This document shows, in pieces, positions 13,177 to 26,002 of a stretch of DNA of 64,000 nt. The DNA comes from Mobula hypostoma (taxonomy: Eukaryota). Below the pieces are notes generated by a model. The model saw only the letters and a list, made by a program, of their open reading frames with translations. It was not told where the DNA came from and searched no databases. The position numbers and the translations under genes were made by a program. Each line of letters opens with the position of its first letter. The stretch's first letter is position 1. The stretch is from positions 95,048,001 through 95,112,000 of the forward strand of contig NC_086108.1 in assembly GCF_963921235.1 (NCBI RefSeq). The letters are read 5' to 3'.

Positions 13177-13214
<38 letters not shown>
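13177..13214. repeat. (AG)n microsatellite within a minus-strand non-coding interspersed repeat (about 13050-13610)
   Basis: Directly visible. The host repeat also has a ~35-bp direct duplication (13280-13314 and 13442-13476). Confidence 0.9.
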
Positions 13215-13219
<5 letters not shown>

Positions 13220-13974
13220 AACACAAACCACACAAATAATAAAAGCAAGCAACAGCATTCAGAATGAAAGTGAGTCAATAGACATGAAGCCCAGAGCAGG
13301 CCCACAGCCTCAGACTCAGTTCACCACACAGCAGAGCAAAACACCAAGGAGCCAACAGACACGAAGCACAGAGCAGCCAGACCAGGCCCACATCCTGAAC
13401 CTTAGTTCACCACTCAACAAAGCAAAACGTCATCGACCCACAGACACGAAACCCAGAGCAGGCCCACAGCCTCAGAGCAGCACAGAGTGGAACAAATGTC
13501 GTGGAGCAGCGAGCAGAACCAGCCCAACCCTCGCCTCTGGTCCTGATGCCCTGACCTTCTCAATCCATCCAGCCTGCCATTTATATCGTCCAAACATCGG
13601 GTTGTTCAGCTGAGAGAGATTTCAAACACTATCGATTCCGCAATCAAAATAAGTTCCCCCCAAGTATCAAGCTGTTTTTCCTGTTAAGATTAGATGGGTT
13701 TACGGTTAAACAACTTTACTATTTAAAATATAAACAAAGCAGGAAATATTATCCAAATAGCTCACCCTTCTGTAACTTGTGAGGGCAACTAAAAAACACT
13801 TCCCTTGCGAGAGAGTTATTATGGAACACCTGAGAATTGTATTCTTCTTCCTTACCACCCCCTCAAAGACACCTACACACCTTTCCCACATGTTTGATTG
13901 AACAGCGCCATTTGCAACACTGATATACTATTTAATTCTAACCATATTACTCCTCAATGATTTATCTTTACATA

Positions 13975-14200
13975 GAGATACCCAGCACAGTAACAGGGCC
14001 TTCCAGCCCAATGAGATGCACTATCTAATTGCACCCATGTGACCAATTACTACGAGCCCGTATGTCTTTTTGGAACGTGGGAGGAAACCAGAGCACCTGG
14101 AGGAAATGCACACAGTCATGGGGAGAATGTACAAACTCCTTACGGAACTGCGCCTTGGTCACTGGCGCTGTAATAGTGTTACGCTATCCGCTACACTACC
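13975..14200 (-). mobile_element. V-SINE-like (HE1/MER6-type) SINE; related copies at about 18890-19680(-), 47940-48160(+), 54320-54450(-), 62520-62680(-)
   Basis: Shared core GTGGGAGGAAACCRGAGCACCYGGAGGAAA...GGGAGAATGTACAAACTCC. Confidence 0.7.
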
Positions 14201-14349
14201 ATCCCCACCTCCCCAAATGGACAATACTTTCATAATATTGGCCATCTCTGACCCTGCCTGCATCCCTTCTGCTGTTGAGATCTTCATCCATGGTTTTCGT
14301 ACTGGTGGACGCAACTAATTCAATCCTCAATTCAAAAAACTCAATGTAT

Positions 14350-15273
14350 GTACATGTGGCAGGAAGATAGGTGGAACAGCAGGTCGTGTTGAAGAAGCAG
14401 AGAGGCTACAGAAGGAATTAAACAGATTAGGAGAATGGGCAAAGAAGTGGCAGATGGAATACTGTGATGGGAAGTGTATGATCATGCCCCTTGGTAGAAG
14501 AAATAAAAGTGTAGAATATCTTCCCTTTTAGAATAAAAGGGTAGAGAAAATTCAAAAATCTGAGGTTCAAATGGTCTTGGGAGTCTTTGTGCAGGAATCT
14601 TTAAAGGTTAATTTGCAGGTTGATTCAGTGATGAGGAAGGCAAATGCAATGTTAGCATTCATTTCAAGAGGATTAGAATATAAAAGCAAAGTTGTAAAGG
14701 CTAAGGCTTTATAAGGTGTTGGTGAGGCCTCATTTGGAGTATTGCGAGCAGTTTTGGTTCCCTTATCTAAGGAAGGAAATGCTGACATCGGAGAGGGTTC
14801 AAAGGAGGTTCACAAAAATGATTCCGAGACTGAAAGGCTTATCAAGTGAGTGTTTGATGGCTCTGGCCTGTACTGACTGGAACTCAGAAGAATGAGGGGG
14901 GAGGGAATCTCACTGAAACCTATCAAATGTTGAAAGGCCTCGACAGAGTTGATGTGGAGAGGATTTTTTCTAATGGTAGGAGAGTCTAAGACTGGAGGAC
15001 ACAGCCTCAGGATAGAATGGAGATGAGGAGCATTTCTTTAGCCAGAGGGTGGTGAATCTGGAATTCATTGCCACAGGTGGCTGTGGAGGCCAAGTCATTG
15101 GGTAGATTTAAGACAGAGGTTGATAGATTCTTGATTAATCAGATGATGAAGGATTATGGGGAGATGGCAGGAGACTGGGGCTGAGAGGAAAATGGATCAG
15201 CCATGATGAAATGGAGCAGCAGCATCTTGATGGACCAAATGGCCTAATTCTGCTTCTCTATCTTATGGTCTTA
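14350..15273 (+). mobile_element. CR1-clade LINE 3' fragment
   Basis: Decayed LQKELNRLGEWAKKWQMEY, KANAMLAFISRGLEYK, ERVQRRFTKMIP; tail TCTATATCTTATGGTCTTAT. Confidence 0.85.
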
Positions 15274-15583
15274 TCGAACACAGTTGAGAAAAATGTGAAA
15301 AGATGCATTTTGAGAAGTTAAATCAGGACAAGAAATACACAGTGAACAGCGGTGTCCTGGGGAATGATGATGAAGAGAGAAACTTAGGGGTGCAAGAATA
15401 TAGCTCTCTGAAAGTGGAGACACAAATAGGTGAGGTAGCAAATATGTGGGGCATGCACGCAGAACTGCACATAAATACGGGCTCACCAACATCTTGTACA
15501 ATTTCATCAAGCACTGGAATGTGAAATCATGATGCAGTTGTTTAAGTTATTGGTCAGCATGCACTTTTGTCCCATTGTCAAAA

Positions 15584-16640
15584 CCAGAATCAAAATCAGA
15601 ATCCGGTTTATTATCACCGGCGTGTGACGTGAAATTTGTTAACTTAGCAGCAGCAGTTCAATGTAATACATAATATAGAAGAGGGAAAAATAATAAATAA
15701 AATTAAAAATAAATAAATAAACAAGTAAATCAATTACAGTATACCTATATTGAATAGATTAAAAATGTGCAAAAAACAGAAATACTGTATATTTTTTAAA
15801 AAGTGAGGTAGTGTCCAAGGGTTCCATGTCCATTTAGGAATCGGATGGCAGAGGGGAAGAAGCTGTTCCTGAATCGCTGAGTGTGTGCCTTCAGGCTTCT
15901 GTACCTCCTACCTGATGGTAACAGTGAGAAAAGGGCATGCCCTGGGTGCTGGATGTCCTTATTAATAGATGCTGCCTTTCGGAGATGCCAGTCCCTAAAG
16001 ATGTCCTGGGTACTTTGTAGGCTAGTGCCCAAGATGGAGCTGACTAGATTTACAACCCTCTGCAGCTTCTTTCAGTCCTGTGCAGTAGCCCCTCCATAAC
16101 GGACAGTAATGCAGCCTGTCAGAATGCTCTCCACTGTACAACTATAGAAGTTTTTGAGTGTATCTGTTGACATGCCAAATCTCTTCAAACTCCTAATAAA
16201 GTATAGCTGCTGTCTTGCCTTCTTCATAACTACATTGGTATGTTGGGACCAGGTTAGATCCTCAGAGACCTTGTCACCCAGGAACTTGAAACTGTTCACT
16301 CTCTCCACTTCTGATCCCTCTATGAGGATTGGTATGTGTTCCTTCATCTTACCCTTCCTGAAGTCCACAATCAGCTCTCTCATCTTACTGACATTGAGTG
16401 CCAGGTTGATTCTGTGGCACCACTCCACTAGTTGGCATAGCTCACTCCTGTATGCCCTCTCATCACCACTTGAGATTCTACCAACAATGGTTATATTGTC
16501 AGCAAATTTATAGATGGTATTTGAGCTATGCCTAGCCACACAGTCATGTGTATGTAGAGAGTAGAGCAGTGGGCTAAGCACACACCCCTGAAGTGCGCCA
16601 GTGTTGATTGTCAGCGAGGAGGATACATTATCACCAAATC
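15584..16640 (-). mobile_element. Rex1/Babar-like LINE, 3' part of RT and 3' UTR
   Basis: ORF 16072-16728: NTGALQGCVLSPLLYSL, KFADNITIVG, LNVSKMRELIVDFRK, FKFLG, KKARQQLYFIRSLK; (ATTCTG)-type tail. Near-identical family member at 43495-44500. Confidence 0.9.
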
Positions 16641-19219
16641 TGTACAGGTTGTGGTCTTCCGGTTCAATTCTGTTCACTATACTAAAGGAAAGATGTGAGT
16701 AAGCTGGACAGGGTGCAGAAAAATTCACATCCTGGATAGACTAGGAGTGTGTTTTCCTTGTAGTGAAGGAGGCTGAAGGGGTTCACAGAACTTTATAGAG
16801 GTTTATAAAATTATGAAGGGCCTCCAGAGAGTAGGTAGTCACTTGCTTTTCCCACATAGGGGGATAAAAACTGAAGGTTTAAGGTAAGATAGGAATGATT
16901 TAAAGAAGATCAGAGCAGCAATTTTATCACACAGAAGCTGCTGGATAAATAAAATAAGCTGACAGAGGAAGTAACTGAAGTAGGATTTAAAGACATTGAT
17001 TACAATGTTTTAAAGACATTTGAACAGGTACATGGATGCAAAAAGTTGAGAGGGACATGAGTGAAGCACAGGCAAATGGGATTAGCATAGACAGTAAAAC
17101 AATTTTACCGTCTAAAAATATCAATTTAATTACACATTTATTTGCACAATTTATTTCCTTTTAGACTTTGGTTGTTTGTCAGTCTTAGTTTATGTATAGT
17201 TTTTATAAGTTCCATTATATTTATTTATTTTTTGTAAATGCCTGCAAGAAAATGAATCTCAAGGTAGTATATGGTGACATATACTTCATGTACTTTGCTA
17301 ATAATTTTACTTCGACTTTGACATTTAGGTTGGTGTACACAAGTTGCACAGAAGGGCCTATTTCCGTGCCTAGGAAGGAGAAGTAGTCAAAACTGAGATG
17401 ATCAAAGGTAGAGAAAGGTGGAAAAGTGAGGATTTCAGCACAGTGCCCACAACTATAAGCTATCTTGTGAATTTATATTTATTGTGATTTTATTATTATT
17501 GTATAACTTACCTTATTGTGTTTTTGTTGTGCTGAATCAGAGCTGGAGTGTTAATTATTTCATTCTCCTTTACAATTGTGTACTGGAAATGACATTAAAC
17601 AATCTTGAATCTTAAGGGGACAAATAATTTTTCCCTGAGAGATCTCCCTTCCTGAGCTTGCGGTGTTTGCACAATGTAACCAGCAGGGGTCCTCATTACG
17701 CAAAAGTGTTCACAATTTTGCTCAGTAACACTGGTAGACATTCTGCCAGTTGCAGGCACTTTCACCTGCTTTTCCCAGTGGACATTCTGGAGTTTTATGT
17801 GAGCAGAGGTTCCAGCCTCTGCATAGCTCCTCTGGACGGTTTCCTCCCCGGCCGGACCGGGATACAATTCCTCATTCATTGCAGCGTGGCAGTGTAAGCT
17901 TGATTGTTCTGCATCCCACATTTGTGTCAATAGGCATTTAGGTCTGCATTGATAAAAAGTAGGCACATCTATGGAAGGGAAAGAGTGAAAAACACTGATG
18001 TGCTGTAAACAGGGAATGACAAACTATTTTGAACTAAACAAAGCAAATTATTATTGCTTATTATTCCTTTGTCAGGATAAAAATCAAAGTCTAGTTTACT
18101 GTCCCATTCAAGATTCAAGATTGTTTCATGCAATTTTCTCGACACGTGTTAGGGTGAACGAAATGATTGTTTCTCCAAATCCGATACAGCACCAAGAAAA
18201 TCACAATACAATAAAGAACAGAATAATAAAAACGCGATAAATATAATACATAAAGGTAATTTATATACATAGATTGATTGTATATCCATAAAATGACACT
18301 AGGCACAGGAGTCTGTGTACGTAAGGTGACCGTCAGGAAATGATAACGTAGTGGTTTTTGGTGGTGGGTTAATGGGGGAAGTGTTGATCAGCCTTACTTC
18401 TTGGGGGAAGTGTTTTTGAGTCTGGTGGTCCTGACGTGGATTCAACGTAGACTCCTCCCTGATGCGAGTGGGACAAACAGGGTGGGTGGGATCCTTCACG
18501 ATGTCACTGGCCTTTTTCTGGCATAGTTCTGTGTATACATCGTTGATGGCGAGTAGGCTGGTGCGGGTGATGACATAAAAGGGGCACATGCAGGGATTTA
18601 TTAATTTACTTTGCACCCCATCTAGAATAAGTAAGAGTCCATCCCACTGTTATAAGCTACTGAACAGAGCCATAGTGATGCTGCCTGGCCTGCTGCGTTC
18701 ACTGGCAACTTTTATGTGTGTTGCTTGAAATTCCAGCATCTGCAGATTTCCTCGTGTTTGCATAGTACAATAAGATGGACTCTTGACTTCACAATCTACC
18801 TTGTTATGGCTTTACATCTTCTTGTCCGTCTACACTGCACTTTCTCTGTAACTATAACACCTTACTCTGTACTCATTTTTTCATGCAGCTTGGAGCAGGC
18901 CCCTCCAGCCTAATGTGCTCCTCCAATCCCACGAGCCCTGCCACCCAGCAATCCATCCACTTAACCCTAGACTAATCACAGGACAATTTACAATGACCAA
19001 TTAACCTAATAAACAGTACATTTTGGCCTGTGGGAGGAAACTGGAGCACCCGGAGGAAACTGATCTCATCCGTATTGATTAGTATTGGTAAATTGGTTAA
19101 CTATTGTCATGTTTATCAAAGTCCCCTCTAACCTTCTTGCTTCTCACCTTAAACCTACGGCCCATTGTTGTCAGACACTGGTCACAGGGAAAAGTAAATT
19201 GAATTGAGTAAATTGGTAA

Positions 19220-19527
19220 TAGTAAAGGCTCCGTCAGTCTTGCGAGACCATGGATCTGCGCTTGGAAAGTCTTCACTCTCCAGGGCGCAGGCCTGGGCAA
19301 GGTTGTATGGGAGACCAGCAGTTACCCATGCTGCAAGTCTACCCTCTCCATGACACCAATGTTGTCCAAGGGAAGGGCATTAGGACCCATACAGCTTGGC
19401 ACCAGTGTCGTCGTAGAGCAATGTGTGATTAAGTGCCTTGCTCAAGACAAGAACACGTCGCCTCAGCTGAGGCTCGAACTCATGACCTTCAGGTCGCTAG
19501 TCCAATGCCTTAACCACCTGGCCACGT
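19220..19527 (-). mobile_element. tRNA-derived CORE-type SINE (copy 1)
   Basis: Reverse-complement match to 20174-20497. Confidence 0.85.
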
Positions 19528-20173
19528 GTAAATTTTTTATTATTATCACAGGCACCAAGGTAGAGCCAAACTCTTGTTTTGCGTCACAGGGAAAATGTAC
19601 AAACTCCTACAGACGAGGTCAGAATTGAACTCCAAACTCTGATGCCCTGAGCTGTAACAGTGTCACCACCATGGCACCTGTTCTCTCGTTGATTTCCCTT
19701 GTACTACCTCAATGCACTGATGTAACGAGTTGATCTGTATGGATAGTACACAAAACAAGATTTTGACTCTACCTTGGTGCATGTGATAATAATAAACCAA
19801 TTTACCAATTTACTCAATTCGATTTACTTTTCCCTGTGACCGGTGTCTAACAACAATGGACCGTAGGGTTAAGGTGAGAATCAAGAAGGTTAGAGGGGAC
19901 CTTGATAAACATGACAATAATTAACCAATTTACCAATATTAATCAATACAGATGAGATCGGTTTCGTGAGATGATTTAGTCATCTTAAAAAATTTATCTT
20001 TACATGCTTATGCATAAGTTGGCATTAATAGTTAGCCATCCACGAAATAAGCATAGAGAGTGGTGGGTGAGTGGAACCAGGGGTAGTGGTAGAAGCAGAT
20101 ACATGAGAGGCATTTAAGAAACTCTTAGGCTGGAACATGGATAATGGATAAACGGAGGGTTTTGTAGGATGAG

Positions 20174-20497
20174 CTGTGTGGGCACATGGCCAAGTGGTTA
20201 AGGCATTCGACTAGCAACCTGAAGATCGTGAGTTCGAGTTCCAGCTGAGGCGACGTGTTGTTCCCTTGAGCAAGGCACTTAACCACACAGTGCTCTGTGA
20301 CAACACTGGTGCCAAACTGTGTCGGCCCTTGCCCTTCCCTTGGACAACATCGGTGTCGTGGAGAGGGGAGATTTGCAGCATGGGCAAACTGCCGGTCTCC
20401 CATACAACCTTGCCCAGGCCTGCGCCCTGGAGAGTGAAGACTTTGCAGGTGCAGATCCATGGTCTCGCAAGACTAACGGATGCCTTTGATACTTTGA
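20174..20497 (+). mobile_element. tRNA-derived CORE-type SINE (copy 2, full length)
   Basis: Pol III A box TGGCCAAGTGG (20187-20197), B-box-like GAGTTCGAGTTCC, CORE-like CCTTGAGCAAGGCACTTAACC, perfect 11-bp TSD TGTAGGATGAG (20163-20173 and 20498-20508). Confidence 0.88.
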
Positions 20498-21292
20498 TGT
20501 AGGATGAGGTATAGAATAAAGATTGTTAATGTCATCTACTGTACACAAGTAGAAAGGAGAATGAAACAATTGTTACTCTGGATCCGATGCAGCGTAAAAG
20601 AAAACGCAATAAGAAAAAGAATACAGTAATAATAAAAACACAATAAATATAAATATATAAGATAGCTTAAATCCATAGATTGATTACTCATCCATGAAGT
20701 GATACAAAGAACAGGGGTGAGAGTCTGTGCAGAAGGTGACTGACAGGAAATGACAAAGTAGTGGTGGTTGAGGGTGTGGAGGTGTTGGTTAGTGGGTGGA
20801 GGTGCTATTCAGCCTTAGTGCTTGGGGAAGGTAACTATTTTTGAGTCTGGTGGTCCTGGCAAGGACGTTGTGTAGCATTCTCCCTGATGATGTGGATGGT
20901 GAGATTGTGGAGAATGCACAAGTACATCTTGTGCTGGTGCAATGGAAAACTTACTTACAGCAGCATCAAAGGCACTCAACATCAGAGAAACAACATTCAT
21001 AAGAAATATCTCATCATAAACAAGTTTTAAAAGAAAGAAGACAAATACAACAAAAAGAGCGAAGCCCATTTTAGCGCAAAGTGGTCAAAGTCATTGAGTG
21101 TTGAGGTCCCTTGATAAGGTAGGAGTAAGGTTGTGCCAGTTTGATCAAGAACTGAACGGTTGACGAGAAGTGGCTATTCTTGTAACTGTTGGTGTGAAAG
21201 TTCAACTTCAGTACTGTCCTGATGTCCAGCCCGAAATGCTGACTGTTTATTCATTTCCATAGATGCTATCTGACCTGCTGAGTTCCTCCACC

Positions 21293-21294
<2 letters not shown>

Positions 21295-21339
<45 letters not shown>
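21295..21339. repeat. (TG)n microsatellite at the end of a decayed PLE-derived terminal repeat (about 21210-21300)
   Basis: Directly visible; preceded by CTGATG...CCCGAAATGCTGACTG and ATAGATGCT...CTGACCTGCTGAGTTCCTCCA. Confidence 0.85.
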
Positions 21340-21340
<1 letters not shown>

Positions 21341-21861
21341 CTGTAAGGTTATGTTTTGTAATTCCAAAACATCAAATTAGTTGAAACCAAGGACAAGGAG
21401 GCGGAAATGTGTATTTTAACACCATAAGATAGCAGAAGTAGGCTATTTGGCCCATCAAGTCTGCTCCACCATTCAATCATGGGCTGATCCAATTTTTCCA
21501 GTCATCCATACTCCCCTGCCTTCTCCCAATACCTATTGATGCCCAAAAAAAGTTACATTTTTACTTTAGCGAGGCACGCACATATGATGTAGTGGAACGA
21601 TGATGTATGCCATTCATACTATTATGTATAATGTGTAATGAATTATTTAAATAAACATATATACACATACAGTATACTATATAATATACGATACTCACAG
21701 CATCGTAAATTTTAAATTGTCCTATTCAGCCTAACCATTCAATCGCTATTGAGGCTTTCTTACTTTTGAGGGATAACGTCTTTGCTGACGTCTTTGCTCA
21801 CTCTACTTGGCAGGTGTGACTTGTGGCTGTGAAACAATCTCAGGTTTTGGGGCTTTCTCTA

Positions 21862-22816
21862 TTACATGGTCCGGTCCGTGAACTCCGCATTCCGTTCACA
21901 GTCCGGTCCATCGATCCTTATTCCGGATTTTCCTGTTTTCCCTGATTCTGTTGGGCGCCTTAATTGAGGCACCTGATTCTCATTTCGGGCTGACACATAA
22001 ATAGCTCTGGAGACCAGGGATTCCCTGTTGGATCGTCCCCATCCAAATCTCATCATTCCTCATCTCAGTCCCCATCAGAACCCACACCCAGAGGCTTGCC
22101 TACAGAGCTCTTTCCAGGAAGTGCGGCATTAGAAACCCATTGCAGTGAGACTGGAGCCTTGTCGTGCCAAGATAAGGAACATTCTATTGTTGAGTTTGGA
22201 ACTGTCTCTTTGTGTCTTCATGTTTAGTGTTCTGTGTCCAAGAAGAGTCCTGGCCCCATGTCCTGTACCCAAGGAGGGGTCCTGGCTCTGTGTTCCGTGT
22301 CTGATACGAGTCCCGGGCCTATGTCCGGTACCCAAGGAGGGGTCCCGGCTCTGTGTTCCGTGTCTGATACGAGTCCCGGGCCTATGTCCTGTACCCAAGG
22401 AGGGGTCCCGGCTCTGTGTTCCGTGTTCCAAGACCAAGTTCCGGGCTTTGTGTTCCAGCCCAGTCCAAGTCAAGGCTTCATGTTCCAGTCTAGTCCAAGA
22501 GCCTCGTCCAGTCCTAGCCAAGTCCAAGATCCTTGTCCCAAGTCCGAGTCAAGACCCAGGTTCCGAGGCCCTGTCCAGTCTCTGGTTCGGAGTCCTCATC
22601 CATGCTCCTAGTTCCAAGTTCCTCGTCCAGGTCCCGCATTCCTAGTCCAAGTCCTAGCCCAGGCCCTGTGTCCCTGTCTAGTCCAAGGCCTGTGTCTGTG
22701 TCCAGTTTCATTACTTCCCGACTTCCCTTGCATTCTTGATAATCTTAGTTCATTTCCTAGTACTTCAGTGTCTGTGTCTTGCATTTGGGTCCACTCCCAA
22801 CACCTCATTTGTAATA
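21862..22816 (+). mobile_element. Solo-LTR-like element related to 2362-3640, inserted in Gypsy A
   Basis: 5-bp TSD CTCTA (21857-21861 and 22817-22821); decayed termini (CATGGTCCGG start, GTGTCTTGCATTTGGGTCCAC near the end) shared with the reverse complement of 2362-3640; 63-bp unit repeated about 2.7 times from 22258. Confidence 0.78.
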
Positions 22817-23467
22817 CTCTATGGTGGTTGTAGGAGTCGAATCAGTGATTGCAGGAAATTGTTCTGACAGCTCTGCCTTACTTTTGGAAATGTTGGCATC
22901 CCAAACAGTGCATGACGAACGGCTCAAACTGCTAATCTACCCCAGGCCACCAGACAAAGCTTTGAGGCACTGCTTCCTTTTCATTTCATTTTGACCACAC
23001 CTAGATGACCGGTACGTAGCTCCTTCAAACACCTTAGCTCTTAGCTTTAAGGCTACCCCATCAAGGGCAGGTTCATCCCGGTGCTGGTAAAAATGGGGGA
23101 ACTGGGATTTCAGCCCTTCTGGGTGGCCCTGCAGACCTGAGATAGTGCTGGGTCTTTTCTGTTGGATCATCTCTGCTGCAATGGGGAGACTCCAACTTGT
23201 GTTAGGGAGAACGCATCAAGAAAGTCCTCTTTAGTAAGTTTATCAGGTATTACCTTTTCCAAGGGTAAACAGGACAATCCATCAGCATTACCATGATTTG
23301 TTGTCCTCTTGAATTTGATCTTATAATCGTGACCCCCAAGAAACAGGGCCCACCTCTGCATTATCACTCATAACATGTGACAAGACCGTACCCAATGTTC
23401 CCTCTAATTTGTAATGACAAATGCATACAAAATCTTGTGCTGTGCAACGTTTTTGTCCAGTGACAAC

Positions 23468-24619
23468 AACATAGAAACATAGAAAACCTACAGCACAATA
23501 CAGTCCCTTCGGCCCTCAAGGTTGTGCCGAACATGTCCCTGCCTTAGAAATCACTACGGTTACCCGTAGCCCTCTATTTTTCTAAGCTCCATGTACCTAT
23601 CCAAAAGTCTCTTAAAAGACCGTTGCTGGCAGCCCATTCCATGCACTCACCACTCTCTGAGTAAAAAATTTACTCCTGACATCTCCTCTCTACCTACTCC
23701 CCAGCACCTTAAACCTGTGTCCTCTTGTGGCAACCATTTCAGTCCTGGGAAGAAGCCTCTGGCTATCCACACGATCAATGCCTCTCATCATCTTATATAC
23801 CTTTATCAGGTCACCTCTCATCCTCCGTTGCTCCAAGGAAAAAAGGCCGAGTTCACTCAACCTATTCTCATAAGGCATGCTCCCCAATCCAGGCAACATC
23901 CTTGTAAATCTCCTCTGCACTCTTTCTATGGCTTCCACATCCTTCCTGTAGTGAGGCGAATAGAACTGAGCACAGTGATCTAAGTGGGGTCTGACCAGGG
24001 TCCTATTTAACTTCAACATTAACTCTCGGCTCCTAAATTCAATTCCATGATTAATGAAGGCCAATACACCGTATGCCTTCTTAACCACGGAGTCAACCTG
24101 CGTAGCTGCTTTCAGTGTCCTATGGACTTGGACCCCAAGATCCCTGTGATCCTCCACACTGCCAAGAGTCTTACCATTAATACTATATTCTGCCATCATA
24201 TTGGACCTACCAAAATGAACCACTTCACACTTATCTGGGTTGAACTCCATCTGCCACTTCTCAGCCCAGTTCTGCATCCTATCAATGTCCCGTTGTAACC
24301 TCTGACAGCCCTCCTCACTATCCACAACACCTCCAACCTTTGTGTCATCAGCAAACTTATTAACCCATCCCTCCACTTCCTCATCCAGGTCATTTATAAA
24401 AATCACGAAGAGTAAGGGTCCCAGAACAGATCCCTGAGGCACACCACTGGTCACCAACCTCTATGCAGAATATAAGCCGTCTACAACCACCCTTTGCCTT
24501 CTGTGGGCAAACCAGTTATGGATCCACAAAGCAATGTCCCCTTGGATCCCGTGCCTCCTTACTTTCTCAATAAGCCTTGCATGGGGTACCTTATCAAATG
24601 CCCTGCTGAAATCCATATC
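23468..24619 (-). mobile_element. CR1-clade LINE, 5'-truncated, inside Gypsy A
   Basis: DFSRAFDKVPH, SGVPQGSVLGPLLF, KFADDTK, ERVQRRFTRMLPG (ORF 23690-24457, 255 aa open); (TTTCTATG)n tail at about 23468-23485. Confidence 0.93.
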
Positions 24620-26002
24620 CAGCAAGTGCGCATTGAATAATTTCTTCAGTATGAACAGTATAAATAAGCCAGTTCTAAGATCTGCAGACAAATGGTCGCA
24701 AACTCCACATTGTCAACACCATCTGCATCTGAAATGGAAATAGGAAATGTGATTGTGTACGATCATGAAGTACACTTAACATGCCAATGAGGTAGAGGGT
24801 GACAAGCTTTTGTGCACAGTTTAAATTCATTTGTGCACTAGTAACAAAAGGGAACGTTGACTGCACCCATACCTTAAGCCGTGGCATCACAGGCAAGTTT
24901 CACTGGACAATGAGGATCATAATGTGTGAGTACAGTGTCTGGATCACCAGTTCCTTTACCTTTTTGAAAGCCACCGCACACTGTTTAGTCCATTGGCAGT
25001 TCTTCTTGATCTGTAGTAATAAATTCAAGGGGTGGAGCACAGTAGCCAGGTTCGGTGGGAAGCAGTGATACTAATTGACAAATTCTAAAAGTATTTGTCA
25101 ACTGTGACACATCCTTTGGCCTTGCAGCATCTACTAATGCTTGAACTTCCTCAGCACACTTGTCTAATTCCTGTGCGACCACAGTACGTGATGGCCGGTT
25201 TGAAGAATTCACACTTGTTTTGTAATGTACTGAGCCCATAATCTTCTAATCTTTTTAACACTATCTTGAGGTTCGTTGTCATCCTCACTGGTAACAATGA
25301 TGTCGTCCAGGCAACACTGAGCGCCTGGGCAGCCTTGCATCACCTGGTGCATAGCTTTCTGCCAGAGTGCAGGTGCAGCTGCTCCTCCGATAATAAGCCT
25401 GTCATAGCGATAACGCCCTTTCTGAGTGTTTAAGGTAAGAAACACTTTGGACTCTTCTTCCATTTCCATCCATCGGTAGACATCAGCCAAGTCCACTTTG
25501 CTGAAGTATCTTCCTCCAGGAAGGTTTGCAAAGATATCTTCTACCCTGGGCAGAGGGCATTGATTTACTTTCAGTACTGGGTTGATGGTGACCAAATCAC
25601 CACAGAAGCTGACAGACCTATTCTTCTTGGCTACTGGGACCACTGGGCTGCCCATGGGCTTCAACCTTGGAAAGAATTCCTTCAGCCTTCATCCATTCGA
25701 GCTCACCATCACAGATGGTATAAGGAACTGCACAGGCTTTGCAAAACTTGTGTGTGGAATTTTCATTCAACTCTAATTAACCCTTGATATGCTTGAGTTT
25801 CCCAATGCCATTCTTCAACATTGCCATGGCGTCATCGAGTACCTTCCTTAATTCACTTTTAGTTGACTTTATTACTAGGAATGTGGCATGCAAATGGTGG
25901 ATGGATCTCTAATCAAGTTGCAATTGTCTCAGCCAATCATGAACCCACAATCCTATTTTTAACCACATACAAGCCCAATGTGGCTTGTTAGTTGTTGTAT
26001 TT

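Noticed and set aside
20180..20250. tRNA-like sequence (also 33650-33715 and 19460-19527)
   Set aside because: These are SINE heads with A/B boxes, followed by SINE bodies and tails; two have clear TSDs. No convincing cloverleaf.
22129..22808. Several overlapping ORFs with 21-aa repeats; the array superficially resembles CRISPR or a repeat protein
   Set aside because: They arise from a 63-bp head-to-tail minisatellite in a solo-LTR-like element. There are no unique spacers, no cas genes, and the context is eukaryotic.
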